Shown here one piece after another: positions 1 to 8,570 of a DNA stretch of 32,000 nucleotides. The translations under genes and the position numbers were made by a program. The notes under the pieces are model-generated. The model saw only the letters and a program-made list of their open reading frames with translations. It was not told the DNA's origin and made no database searches. Positions within the stretch are counted from its first letter, which is position 1, and each line of letters begins with the position of its first letter. The stretch is from Methylophaga frappieri (GTDB taxonomy: Bacteria > Pseudomonadota > Gammaproteobacteria > Nitrosococcales > Methylophagaceae). The stretch covers positions 1,530,001-1,562,000 of the forward strand of contig NC_017856.1 in the NCBI RefSeq assembly GCF_000260965.1, in the 5' to 3' direction.

Positions 1-42
1 CATTCGTGGATTCATAGCACGTCAGAGTTGATCTTGAAGGGA

Positions 43-792
43 ATGACGCAAATGAATTCAGACGCAGAACAGTCACACGAGAATACAGCTGAAAATCAAA
101 ACGAGTCAGTGCCAGGCGCCCTGCAGGGTGAAGTCTGGTTGACGATTCAGACCTATCAGGCTCAGAGCCTGATCCGCGGCCGCCGTGCAGCCGATGGCAA
201 GCCTGCCATTATGGGATTGATCGGTTTTGCAGATCGGCTGAAGTCGCTATGGCAGGCCGTCCGCTTCGACGACCCTTATGCCGACTGGTGGTTGCTCAAA
301 GTGGAAGAGGGCGTTGCCGATATCCGCGCACAGCTGCAGGGATTGCAGCAAAGGATGGACGCCCTTATCACTGAATCCAACAGTGCTCTCGAATTCAGCG
401 TCGCACAATCGAGTCGACCACAGCGCGTATCGTTACAGTTCGCCAATCCCTACGCCTTCCGCGCTGCACAGTTGCTGGGTGAGTACGACCGGTTGATGTG
501 CGCAGACATGACGTTGCATTACTTAGGTCTCGACATGCCCACTGACCTCATTGAGCAGGTGTCGGGTAGTGGGCGATGGGTGCGCCGGGTGTTTGCGTTG
601 CCCCAGGGGTATCACTGCCTGGACGTTCGTCGCTCCGATATCCGGCAAGGAACACCGGCAGCCATCAAAGCGAGAGAGCGGATGGGCGAGATTCCCCAGG
701 ACATCCTCAATGGTGAGCGGTTGCCGTCTCTGCGTCCCCTGGCATTTCAACAGCTGAATAACAACGCCATCGCAGATTCTGACGAGGGCTGA
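43..792 (+). CDS. Conserved ICE-associated protein, possibly TIGR03761/PFL_4669-type (family assigned from memory only)
   Basis: Long ORF (track 28..792, TTG start). In-frame ATGs at 43 and 52 follow a GAAGGGA purine tract, so the true start is probably 43-52. I can name no catalytic motif. Confidence 0.55.
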   Translation: MTQMNSDAEQSHENTAENQNESVPGALQGEVWLTIQTYQAQSLIRGRRAADGKPAIMGLIGFADRLKSLWQAVRFDDPYADWWLLKVEEGVADIRAQLQGLQQRMDALITESNSALEFSVAQSSRPQRVSLQFANPYAFRAAQLLGEYDRLMCADMTLHYLGLDMPTDLIEQVSGSGRWVRRVFALPQGYHCLDVRRSDIRQGTPAAIKARERMGEIPQDILNGERLPSLRPLAFQQLNNNAIADSDEG

Positions 793-797
793 ACGCC

Positions 798-1193
798 GTG
801 GCCACCAGCACGCTTCAGCAGCTTGTCATCTCGCTCGATACGCGAATTCCACTCGAAGCGATGGTGCTTCAGCGTTTACGCCGCCTGCCTAACAGCAGAC
901 AAAACGAGTGGTTGCGGCAGCTGTTGCTGGTGGGATTTCGAAGCGAGTGTCAGGCCATCCGATCTGAGCAAGCGCTGCCGGCACACGCAATGCCTATGAG
1001 CCAGCCGTGTACATCCACCCAGATAAACGGAAGTCGCGGAGCGGGTTCCGTCCAGCCGCGAACAACCGAGACGATGCTCGATCACGCTGCGCGGTCACCT
1101 GGCAGCTCACACAACAGCGAACGCGCCAGGCTTGCTCCCCCAAACGACACCAGAAAACCCTTTACGCACCTGAGACGAGTGATCGGTGAGTAA
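798..1193 (+). CDS. Hypothetical protein
   Basis: GTG-start ORF beginning 6 nt after the upstream stop, on the same strand as its neighbours. The C-terminal half is low-complexity and basic. No recognisable motif. Confidence 0.35.
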   Translation: MATSTLQQLVISLDTRIPLEAMVLQRLRRLPNSRQNEWLRQLLLVGFRSECQAIRSEQALPAHAMPMSQPCTSTQINGSRGAGSVQPRTTETMLDHAARSPGSSHNSERARLAPPNDTRKPFTHLRRVIGE

Positions 1194-1225
1194 AGACGTC
1201 TAACCCCGATATCAGGAATCGCACC

Positions 1226-2332
1226 ATGACAGAACTGACCGATGAGAAATTTTCTGACGAAGACAAACCTCCCGTGACCACTCATCCCATGGCGGTTGGG
1301 CAGGTGGGTCTCGATGACGGCTATGCCTATACCAAAGTGGCGTTACCGGATGGTCGCCTCCTGGCGGTGCCTTCGCGGGCACGCATGGGATCGGCCGGTG
1401 TCACCTGGATACGGGATGAGGAACAGAAAATTTTTGAGTACGAAACCGGTGGCAGTGTGTATTCCGTCGGTGCGGTCGATGGTGAGCCCACTCAATTCGA
1501 TGAATACCCGGGCTCGGCCCTGAATCGGGTGATCGTCCAGCATGCACTGCAACAGGCGGGTTTGTCGGGCCGATCCGTCCATGTGGTGACGGGGTTGCCG
1601 GTCTCCGCCTTTTACCGCAACGATGGTCAGCAACGACGACGAGCGATCCAGGCAAAAAGGGAGGGTTTGAAATTGGCGGTTGAGCCTGTTGTTGCCAGAA
1701 AAGCATCGCAAAGGGCAGCGCAACAGGGGCTCCTAAAGGTGAGCATCGCCTTTCATGAAGTTATTCCGGAGGCGCTGGCTGCCTGGTACGACTATGTGAT
1801 TGTTATGACCGATGATGATGGTGTGACGTTGGACGCGGATCGGGTCAACGCGCCCATCGCCATTGTCGATATCGGTGGCCGCACCACGGATTATGTGGTG
1901 GTCCAGGACCAGGGCATTGTGCATGGTTCCTCCGGCTCTCTGAATCGCGGCATGCTGAACGTCAAGATTCGCGTGGCGAACCGTATACAGGAACAGTTCG
2001 ATATCAACGAACTGGGCGAGCAGAGTATCAGTCGGGCCGTCGATACACATCGGTTGCGCCTGCATGGCAAGGATCACGATGTCTCGGCCATGGTGGCGGA
2101 AGCAAAACGCGAGTTGGTGGAGCGACTCTATACCGAAACCCGCCGCAAGCTTGGACTCGGTGTGGAGTTGGATCGTGTACTGTTCGTCGGCGGTGGCAGT
2201 GCCGCGTTAGCCGCTGATATTGCCAACTGGTTTCCCAATCAAACCATTGCCGACCATGCCGCTTTTGCTAACGCAAGGGGCATGCTCAAGTACCTGCAGT
2301 TTGTCTGCGACGCCCCGGTGAGGGAGGGGTAA
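1226..2332 (+). CDS. parM: ParM/StbA-type actin-fold segregation ATPase
   Basis: Actin-fold phosphate and adenosine motifs are present: GLDDGYAYTK, IVDIGGRTTDY and LFVGGGSAAL. The 368-aa length is typical of this family. Confidence 0.85.
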   Translation: MTELTDEKFSDEDKPPVTTHPMAVGQVGLDDGYAYTKVALPDGRLLAVPSRARMGSAGVTWIRDEEQKIFEYETGGSVYSVGAVDGEPTQFDEYPGSALNRVIVQHALQQAGLSGRSVHVVTGLPVSAFYRNDGQQRRRAIQAKREGLKLAVEPVVARKASQRAAQQGLLKVSIAFHEVIPEALAAWYDYVIVMTDDDGVTLDADRVNAPIAIVDIGGRTTDYVVVQDQGIVHGSSGSLNRGMLNVKIRVANRIQEQFDINELGEQSISRAVDTHRLRLHGKDHDVSAMVAEAKRELVERLYTETRRKLGLGVELDRVLFVGGGSAALAADIANWFPNQTIADHAAFANARGMLKYLQFVCDAPVREG

Positions 2333-2346
2333 CGACTTTGTACGTG

Positions 2347-2477
2347 GCCACTGCGGTCTCAGTGGCAAAGAAGATGTCAGCGGATTGTGCAAGTGACATC
2401 GCGGTTTTACCGTCAATCCAGTGTCAGGGCTTGCCCTGATTTTACTCACCCTGCCGGGAAATACCTTCCCGCCAGGG
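2347..2477 (+). promoter_or_regulatory. Cluster of four stem-loops in the leader of the DUF3577-like gene
   Basis: Four stem-loops: GCCACTG/CAGTGGC (2347-2366); GATGTCA/TGACATC (2372-2400); CAGGGC/GCCCTG (2425-2438); CCCTGCCGGGAA/TTCCCGCCAGGG (2449-2477), a 12-bp stem with one C-C mismatch. Confidence 0.4.
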
Positions 2478-2521
2478 AATCGTGTTCTCCGGCTTTCCAT
2501 TATGTTCAAGGAGAAACTGTT

Positions 2522-2950
2522 ATGACCAGTAGACAATCTACCCCTGAAAAACCGAAGTATTTCGATCTTGATATCCACGGCATTGGTTACCTCAACCGGG
2601 TTCGCGAAGTAACACCCGAGAATGGGTTCCCCTTTCTCAGTGTCACCATCGCGGCGCTACGAGGGCCAGCCGATAACGTTCAGCACACGCATTTCGAGTG
2701 CGTGGTGGTGGGTGAAGAGGCGAAGGATCTGGTGCGTCAGCTGCTGCCTGCGGTGGAAGCTGACTTTAAAGTGCTGGTGGGTTTTCACCTCAGTGATTTG
2801 CAAGCCGAAACCTTCATCTTCAAAAACGGTGATCGAGCCGGTACGACGGGCATCAGCCTGAAGTCCCGGTTACTGCGGTTCCAGTGGATCAAAGTCGAAG
2901 GTCAGCCCTTTCCGGCGCCGACGGCTGAGACCCACAACGCCGTAGCCTGA
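2522..2950 (+). CDS. DUF3577 / STY4534-like ICE protein (OB-fold, ssDNA-binding-like; family assigned from memory)
   Basis: The ATG at 2522 is preceded by AAGGAGA. The N-terminal sequence KYFDLDIHGIGYLNRVREV resembles remembered DUF3577 proteins. The upstream extension to 2387 covers the hairpin cluster and looks non-coding. Confidence 0.6.
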   Translation: MTSRQSTPEKPKYFDLDIHGIGYLNRVREVTPENGFPFLSVTIAALRGPADNVQHTHFECVVVGEEAKDLVRQLLPAVEADFKVLVGFHLSDLQAETFIFKNGDRAGTTGISLKSRLLRFQWIKVEGQPFPAPTAETHNAVA

Positions 2951-2961
2951 CGACCAAATCT

Positions 2962-2990
2962 GATCGCATCTTGTGATGCGATCAATTTTT
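2962..2990 (+). terminator. Rho-independent terminator
   Basis: Perfect 9-bp stem GATCGCATC/GATGCGATC with a TTGT loop, followed by AATTTTT. It begins 12 nt after the stop codon at 2948-2950. Confidence 0.65.
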
Positions 2991-3024
2991 CAACCCAGCG
3001 AGGGAGATTCTCCCTTGCTGGGCA

Positions 3025-3050
3025 GGTCTCCTCGACTCTTCAAGGAGACC
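3025..3050 (+). promoter_or_regulatory. Hairpin sequestering the radC Shine-Dalgarno sequence
   Basis: Perfect 8-bp stem GGTCTCCT (3025-3032) / AGGAGACC (3043-3050). The 3' arm is the AAGGAGA ribosome-binding site for the ATG at 3055. Confidence 0.4.
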
Positions 3051-3054
3051 GCTC

Positions 3055-3570
3055 ATGGCTTCCAAATCCTCACCCTCCCGGGTGATTCCTAAAAACCGTT
3101 TTGCGGCCATTCGCATGGCGTCGTTGAACGATCCTGAAAAGCAATCCCTGCTGCAGCTGGCCTTTGCGATCTTGCAGGACCTGCACCAGCCGGGCCTGGA
3201 GCTACCGAGCCCCAACCACACCCGTGATTACTTGCGGATGTTGTTGGCTGAACGCAAAGCGGAAGTCTTTGGTTGTGTGTACCTGGATAACCGGCATCGG
3301 GTAATCGAAGCCGCAGAGTTGTTCCAGGGAACCATTGATGGCGCCTCGGTGTACCCCCGCGTGGTGGTACAACAGGCGCTGACGCTTAACGCGGCAGCGG
3401 TGATGTTTTTTCACAATCACCCGAGTGGTGTCGCCGAGCCCAGTCACGCGGACGAAGCGATTACCCGGCGATTAAAAGATGCGCTGGCACTCGTTGACAT
3501 CCGTGTACTGGATCACTTTGTGGTCACGGTGGGGGAATCAGTTTCCTTCGCCGAACGCGGATTGCTGTAA
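3055..3570 (+). CDS. radC: RadC-like JAB/MPN domain protein
   Basis: JAMM-type motif FHNHPSGVAEPSHADEAIT, followed by the C-terminal LDHFVV typical of RadC. The 171-aa length fits. Confidence 0.9.
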   Translation: MASKSSPSRVIPKNRFAAIRMASLNDPEKQSLLQLAFAILQDLHQPGLELPSPNHTRDYLRMLLAERKAEVFGCVYLDNRHRVIEAAELFQGTIDGASVYPRVVVQQALTLNAAAVMFFHNHPSGVAEPSHADEAITRRLKDALALVDIRVLDHFVVTVGESVSFAERGLL

Positions 3571-3584
3571 CGCCATTTACTTAA

Positions 3585-3613
3585 CCCATTGGGGAGTCTT
3601 CTTCCCCAATGGG
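3585..3613 (+). terminator. Strong stem-loop after radC (possible terminator or attenuator, no T-tract)
   Basis: Perfect 11-bp stem CCCATTGGGGA/TCCCCAATGGG with a 7-nt loop. A second 7-bp hairpin CTCCCTG (3623-3629) / CAGGGAG (3650-3656) overlaps the GGGAGAA ribosome-binding site of the next gene. Confidence 0.4.
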
Positions 3614-3663
3614 AAGGAGGTGCTCCCTGAATTTCTTAATTCATTTCTCCAGGGAGAAACCTT

Positions 3664-4089
3664 ATGAAAAATTCAGAGTACAAGTCGTTGGAAGATGTCT
3701 TCGGTCCTGTTGTCGCAAGTTACAGTCGTGCACAGGCTATAGAAGATGGCGTCCTGATCGATGTCACCGCTATGGCACGTGAGGCTGGCTTCAAGTGGCC
3801 AGTCGCACTTACCCACACGGCTTGGTGTGATTGCGTAGCCTGGACAGAGCGGGATAACCGCTTTCAAGTGCACCAGGACGAGTCTGGCCGTTTGTGGGAC
3901 GTGCTGTTTATGGCGTTCTACGCCATTCGAACGGCTACTGCTCCTGGTGATCGGTTGCTGTTCTCGTTGTACCGCGTGCCGAAAGACGGGCATTCGACAG
4001 AAGCCGGCGAGGTGAGTTTGAAACTGATGGTTGGCCCCGGTGATGCCGGTGAACCGGTCGTCACGATCATGCTGCCCAACGAAGATTAA
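3664..4089 (+). CDS. Conserved hypothetical protein (leading-region type, function unknown)
   Basis: ATG preceded by GGGAGAAA. The 141-aa ORF has protein-like composition, but I cannot name a motif. Confidence 0.55.
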   Translation: MKNSEYKSLEDVFGPVVASYSRAQAIEDGVLIDVTAMAREAGFKWPVALTHTAWCDCVAWTERDNRFQVHQDESGRLWDVLFMAFYAIRTATAPGDRLLFSLYRVPKDGHSTEAGEVSLKLMVGPGDAGEPVVTIMLPNED

Positions 4090-4930
4090 TGTCGCCGATC
4101 GAATCGGCTCCTTGCCCTGGCCACTTGGGATAAAGTGGCACTTCATCTGCTCCCGCCTGCCGTTCCGCTTAATCTTGCTTTCAATCGGAAGTGCCAACAC
4201 CGCATCAACCTGACGTTTTGCTTATGGTTCCACTGTAACCATGGGTCGAACAGATTTGTCTGTTCAACTGCCATGACAGGTCGCAGACCTGGCGTGGTAG
4301 TTGATTCGAACGAAGCCCTCGTCACTGCTTAGCGAAGCGGGGTAGTGACGAGGGCGGCGGAGCACGGAACGACAACGGATTGCGCTCGGATTGATGCGTT
4401 CCCAGCGAGTTCGCTCTAACTATACTAGCGGGCAAGAAACGTAAACAGTTCCATACGCGGCCACGGCGGTAACGTGGATGAGGATTGTCGCCCTCGCCAT
4501 CGAAAATGGCAAAAACGGCAACGGCGCCAGCCGAGCTACCATGGCGCACAGCATCAGCTGCGGCTCATCTTCAACGTTTCCTCAATAGCAGGACGTTCGT
4601 CCTCACTTCAATCTGGCTAACGCCACCTCAAACCCGGCTTGCAAGTAGCCGACTTTTCAACGCGCCGTTTAACCGACGGTTTCTTTCAACTCGCGGACCG
4701 ATGGTTCCGCTCATTTAAAAGGAGGTGAAGTACTCACCATCGCAACTGACTCTTAGAGTCCATTGGTTTACCCGGCACCATCTTCAGCAGAAGAGCAGCC
4801 AGGTTGCCTGCGACCAGGCTTATCAGGTCGAACGGGGAGTAGTGTCCCTTGACCCTTCCGCTTCGGCGGACCCAGTCAGGCTACGAGCCTGTGGTTGGTC
4901 AGAAACACTTACCAGACTGGAAAGTACACG

Positions 4931-5797
4931 ATGAGAGACCTGAACTACCAATTGAAACAGTTGTGCAAACGCAATCGCGATGGCAGTTACAGTACGCAAG
5001 CCAATCGAGCGCGCATACTTAATCAGATTGCCAATCAACTGCAGGAGATGGGGTATCGGCGTATGACTACCCGATCCCTGAAGCCGAAGCACGTGGACGC
5101 CCTGGTGAAACGATGGCTCAGCGAGGGCATGGCAGCCGGTACCATCAAAAACCGTATGAATTGCTTGCGCTGGTGGGCTGCCAAGGTGGATAGACGCAAT
5201 GTTATCGCCAGATCGAATGAGTTCTACGGCATTCCCGATCGGCAGTTCGTCAGTCAACACTCCAAGGCGGTGGTTGTCGGTAACGATGCGTTGACCAGCG
5301 TTAAAGATGAGCATGTGCGAATGACTCTGGAGTTACAGCGCGCCTTCGGATTGCGCAGGGAGGAAGCAATCAAATTTATCCCAGCTTATGCCGATCAGGG
5401 TGATCACATTCGGTTGAAAGCCAGTTGGACGAAAGGAGGCAAGACGCGGATGGTGCCGGTGCTCACCCAGGAACAGCGTGCCGTCTTGAATCGTGCCCAC
5501 CGACTGGTGGGATCTGGTTCCCTGATTCCACCGCAGAAAACCTACATCCAGCAGCTGCGGACCTACGAACGTCATACCACTCAGGCAGGTTTATCGAAAC
5601 TGCATGGCCTGCGCCATGCGTATGCCCAGTCACGCTATCAGGCGTTGACGGGTTGGGCCTGTCCTGCGGCGGGTGGACCAGTCGCAAACAGTTTGAGCAT
5701 TGAGCAACGAAAGCAGGACCATCAGGCACGACTCACCATCAGTCGCGAATTGGGCCACGCCCGCGAGCAGATCAGCGCTGTGTATTTAGGTCGATGA
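4931..5797 (+). CDS. Tyrosine recombinase (small integrase-domain protein)
   Basis: The catalytic set is present: AFGLRREEA (Arg), KGGKTRMVPV (Lys), HGLRHAYA (HxxR) and LGHAREQISAVYLGR (His...Tyr). The ATG at 4931 follows GGAAAG. The track start at 4895 is a TTG. Confidence 0.8.
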   Translation: MRDLNYQLKQLCKRNRDGSYSTQANRARILNQIANQLQEMGYRRMTTRSLKPKHVDALVKRWLSEGMAAGTIKNRMNCLRWWAAKVDRRNVIARSNEFYGIPDRQFVSQHSKAVVVGNDALTSVKDEHVRMTLELQRAFGLRREEAIKFIPAYADQGDHIRLKASWTKGGKTRMVPVLTQEQRAVLNRAHRLVGSGSLIPPQKTYIQQLRTYERHTTQAGLSKLHGLRHAYAQSRYQALTGWACPAAGGPVANSLSIEQRKQDHQARLTISRELGHAREQISAVYLGR

Positions 5798-5911
5798 GTT
5801 TGGGTTGAGGCGTCTCATGGATAAGCACGACACTCACCGAGTGGATTAACCATTCACGCCAGAAGATCACTTGGCGATTATGATGCCATTCATCACGATT
5901 GAGGCCAAAAC

Positions 5912-6406
5912 ATGTCTCCGTTTAAACATCATGGAATCCCTCGTCTCCTAACGATAATGGTGTGCTGTTCTGGTGCTGCCGTCGGGAGCCATTCGGTAGT
6001 GGCGGCCGAGCGGCCCGTCACAACAATGACCACACTGACCCAAACGAGTCGCTATTCAGTGATGGTCGCTCAGCCGACCGCCGGGCAGCGGGATCTGTTA
6101 TCGGTGACGAGAGCGATCACGATTCCAGGCGACATCGACAGTGTGGGGGAGGCTTTCCACTGGATGTTGCGAGATTCCGGCTATCGCCTGGCGGCCGATG
6201 CTGTGCTGTCGGAGGAGGCGAAAGCCATGCTGGCGCTGCCACTGCCAGCGGTGCATCGCCGCTTTGAGCCCATGCCACTTCAAACCGTGATGGGACTTAT
6301 GATCGGTCCTGCTTTTCATCTCATCCAGGATCCCGTTCACCGCCTCATTGCGTTCGAGCGTTGCGTGGATATTTCTTCCCCCAATGTGACGGGAGGTGCG
6401 CAGTAA
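5912..6406 (+). CDS. PilL-like (TIGR03748-type) conjugative-region lipoprotein or secreted protein
   Basis: N-terminal signal-like peptide with Cys residues (LTIMVCCSGAAVG). Its position immediately upstream of the CxxC and SLT genes matches remembered ICE synteny. Confidence 0.5.
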   Translation: MSPFKHHGIPRLLTIMVCCSGAAVGSHSVVAAERPVTTMTTLTQTSRYSVMVAQPTAGQRDLLSVTRAITIPGDIDSVGEAFHWMLRDSGYRLAADAVLSEEAKAMLALPLPAVHRRFEPMPLQTVMGLMIGPAFHLIQDPVHRLIAFERCVDISSPNVTGGAQ

Positions 6407-6633
6407 TGGAGGCCTTCGTCATTGCCATCGTTTTTGTTACCGCATGGTTTTTGGGTGCTGAGTCCAGGCAAGTTGATCCGGAACCGCGTGCTGAAAGTGA
6501 GGCGGTTTCGATCGGCGATCAGATAGACGATCGAGAATGCTCCGTGCGTATTTTTGATCAGGAGTATCAGCTGATCATTCAGCGCGATCTGACCGTGCCC
6601 GTTGATCAACAGGTCAATGAAGATGACCATTGA
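6406..6633 (+). CDS. Small hydrophobic protein (hypothetical)
   Basis: The ATG overlaps the upstream TAA (TAATG). The N-terminal sequence MEAFVIAIVFVTAWFLG is a predicted transmembrane helix. The acidic tail is weakly convincing. Confidence 0.35.
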   Translation: MEAFVIAIVFVTAWFLGAESRQVDPEPRAESEAVSIGDQIDDRECSVRIFDQEYQLIIQRDLTVPVDQQVNEDDH

Positions 6634-6640
6634 GCATCGC

Positions 6641-7441
6641 ATGAGAAAACCTGCCATCGCATTAGTCGGGTTCTGCCTTTGCATCACGTTGCCCGTGAAC
6701 GCGGATACCCGACAGGCAGCCGAATCAAAATCTTCAAACGCCCCGACTGTCGAGCAATCGACGACAGAACGTATCGATTCTCAGACGTTTCGTGCTGACC
6801 AGTGGGGATTAGATGAATCGGAATGGCAGCGTTACCAATCTTTGCTGCAAGGTATCCGGGGCAGCGTGAGTCCTGCGACCTTGTCACCCCTCGAAGTGCT
6901 GGGCATCCACGCCCGCAGTGCCGATGAACGTCGGCGCTACGCTGAACAGTGGGCAGTGATGATGCGTGACGATGCCGAGCGCATCCTGGCGTTTCAGCGG
7001 GCTTACGACGACGCCCAGCGGCGCTTGTTCCCCAACGGTTTGTTGATCGATCCCGGTGTTGCAGCGTCCACCAAGCCGGATCAAGGTCTGGCTGGAAAAT
7101 TCGTGTGGCAATCGTCGGACCGGGTGTTGTTCTTTACCGATACCCAATGCCCGACCTGCGATGCGGTGCTGGAGCGATTGGTCAGCCAGATCAAACAGTT
7201 CTCCGGCATCGATCTGTACCTGATCGATGTGTTTGCCGGTGAGGAATCTCGCATACGTGATTGGGCGGCCTCGAAACAGATCGATCCCCAGTGGGTGAGC
7301 GAGCACAAGATTACCCTGAACATCGACGCCGGTGCGCTAGGTAAGGTCTCCGCACATACGGGGCTGCAAGGAAAAGATTTGCCCGTACTGATACTGCGGC
7401 GGGATGATCGCTTGATGCCCTTGCCGGTATCACGATTCTAG
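6641..7441 (+). CDS. Thioredoxin-fold CxxC protein (TIGR03759-type ICE protein)
   Basis: Signal peptide MRKPAIALVGFCLCITLPVNA and a CPTC redox motif in FFTDTQCPTCDAV. The start is uncertain: TTG at 6602, or ATG at 6617, 6623 or 6641. Confidence 0.7.
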   Translation: MRKPAIALVGFCLCITLPVNADTRQAAESKSSNAPTVEQSTTERIDSQTFRADQWGLDESEWQRYQSLLQGIRGSVSPATLSPLEVLGIHARSADERRRYAEQWAVMMRDDAERILAFQRAYDDAQRRLFPNGLLIDPGVAASTKPDQGLAGKFVWQSSDRVLFFTDTQCPTCDAVLERLVSQIKQFSGIDLYLIDVFAGEESRIRDWAASKQIDPQWVSEHKITLNIDAGALGKVSAHTGLQGKDLPVLILRRDDRLMPLPVSRF

Positions 7442-7453
7442 CGGGCGCCGGTC

Positions 7454-8014
7454 ATGGGGAGTTGGCCGATCATACCTTGTGTCATCGGTTTGCTGTGGTG
7501 GTCGACGGCCGCGCAGTCGCAATCCGTGCCAGTGGGGTATCAGCAAGTCGCGAGCGAATACGGCCTGCCTCCGGGCCTGCTCTACGCGGTGGCCTTGACC
7601 GAGAGCGGACAAAGCTCGCTTAGCGATGGACAGTTCCGCCCCTGGCCGTGGGCTCTCAATATTGATGGGGAAGGACACTATTTCCTGTCGCGTCAGATGG
7701 CATGGCAGGCCTTGGAGAAGGTGTTGACGGAAACCAAAATCTCGGTGGATATCGGGCTGATGCAAATCAGCTGGCGTTACCACCGTTCAGTCCTGGGTTC
7801 ATCCTGGCAAGCGCTGGATCCCTACCACAACCTGCGTGTGGCCGCCGCGATCCTGCGCGACTGCTTCGTCGAACACACCCACTGGATTCAAAGCGCCGGC
7901 TGCTATCACGCACCCAACGATCCTGCCCGAGCTGATCGCTATGGTCAGCGGGTCAAGGCGCACTGGATGCGGTTGGCCGATACATCACAGGAGGTACGCT
8001 TTGAGAATCCGTAA
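7454..8014 (+). CDS. Lytic transglycosylase (SLT domain)
   Basis: SLT motifs are present: LLYAVALTESG (catalytic Glu), DIGLMQIS and AGCYHAP. An N-terminal signal peptide is also present. Confidence 0.9.
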   Translation: MGSWPIIPCVIGLLWWSTAAQSQSVPVGYQQVASEYGLPPGLLYAVALTESGQSSLSDGQFRPWPWALNIDGEGHYFLSRQMAWQALEKVLTETKISVDIGLMQISWRYHRSVLGSSWQALDPYHNLRVAAAILRDCFVEHTHWIQSAGCYHAPNDPARADRYGQRVKAHWMRLADTSQEVRFENP

Positions 8015-8570
8015 ACAACGATCGTTACCAGTCCTCGTGCTCGGGCTGGTCATGAACTCCTCCGTATTGGCTGAGCTGGCGGTGATTTATGACAGTGGTG
8101 AGACCCGGCCCTTGGCGCCGTTACTCAGCCCACTTTTGTTGAAGAATACTCAATCGACCGCCCCGGCTGAATCGAACAACCAGAATCTATCTTCAAAGTC
8201 CTTGCTCGGTCCGGCGACTCTCAGCAATTTATTGCCCATACGGTCACCCGGATTGGCGGTTGGCGATACCGCCGATAGCCAACTGAATCCCGAAGCCCTG
8301 GCGCGTTTGGCGCAAGGGAATCCACGCCCCTTCTTTCTCATCGGCTCGGATGCGTTGTCATTGCAATGGCTGGCGACTCACCACGACACTCTCAAAGACC
8401 TGGGTGCGGTGGGCATGTTGGTACAAGCCGATACCGAGGCGGATGTTCGACGGGTTGCTGAAGTGGCGCAGGACTTATCCATCACTCTGGGGTCCGGGAG
8501 TGATCTGGCCGCCGCATTGGGTATTCAACATTACCCGGTATTGATTACCCGTGATGGCATCCGGCAATGA
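8001..8570 (+). CDS. Secreted ICE protein (TIGR03765-type)
   Basis: The TTG at 8001 lies 6 nt after a perfect AGGAGG (7989-7994). This start gives the signal peptide MRIRKQRSLPVLVLGLVMNSSVLA. It overlaps the SLT gene by 14 nt. Confidence 0.6.
   Translation: MRIRKQRSLPVLVLGLVMNSSVLAELAVIYDSGETRPLAPLLSPLLLKNTQSTAPAESNNQNLSSKSLLGPATLSNLLPIRSPGLAVGDTADSQLNPEALARLAQGNPRPFFLIGSDALSLQWLATHHDTLKDLGAVGMLVQADTEADVRRVAEVAQDLSITLGSGSDLAAALGIQHYPVLITRDGIRQ

Noticed and set aside
2387-2521. Upstream extension of the DUF3577-like ORF (track start 2387)
   Set aside because: The extension translates the hairpin cluster into a Cys/Arg/Pro-rich peptide. The ATG at 2522 has a good AAGGAGA ribosome-binding site.
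3673-4200. Large antisense ORFs opposite well-supported genes (e.g. 3673..4200, 4823..5314, 10930..11526, 20100..20657, 22890..23446, 23536..24103)
   Set aside because: These are typical shadow ORFs of high-GC coding DNA. Their composition is Arg/Pro/Gly/Ser-rich and they lack ribosome-binding sites. Each is fully covered by a sense-strand gene with recognisable motifs.
4290-4312. A GTTCGAATC-like string on the minus strand as a tRNA T-loop or ICE attachment site
   Set aside because: The flanking bases do not form a T-stem, and no acceptor or anticodon arms can be drawn. I judge it a chance match.
4135-4934. Track ORFs 4135..4332(+), 4322..4549(-), 4485..4718(+) and 4725..4934(+) as possible small genes
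   Set aside because: None has a properly spaced ribosome-binding site; the AAGGAGG at about 4718 runs directly into the GTG at 4725. The translations are Arg/Ser/Pro/Cys-rich and not protein-like. The ORFs also overlap one another. I treat the interval as non-coding.
7836-8000. Long N-terminal extension of the TIGR03765-type ORF (track start 7836), and similar extensions at 21272 and 28137
   Set aside because: These extensions lie wholly inside the preceding, well-supported genes in another frame. Internal starts at 8001, 21365 and about 28347 have ribosome-binding sites and give proper signal, lipobox or membrane N-termini.
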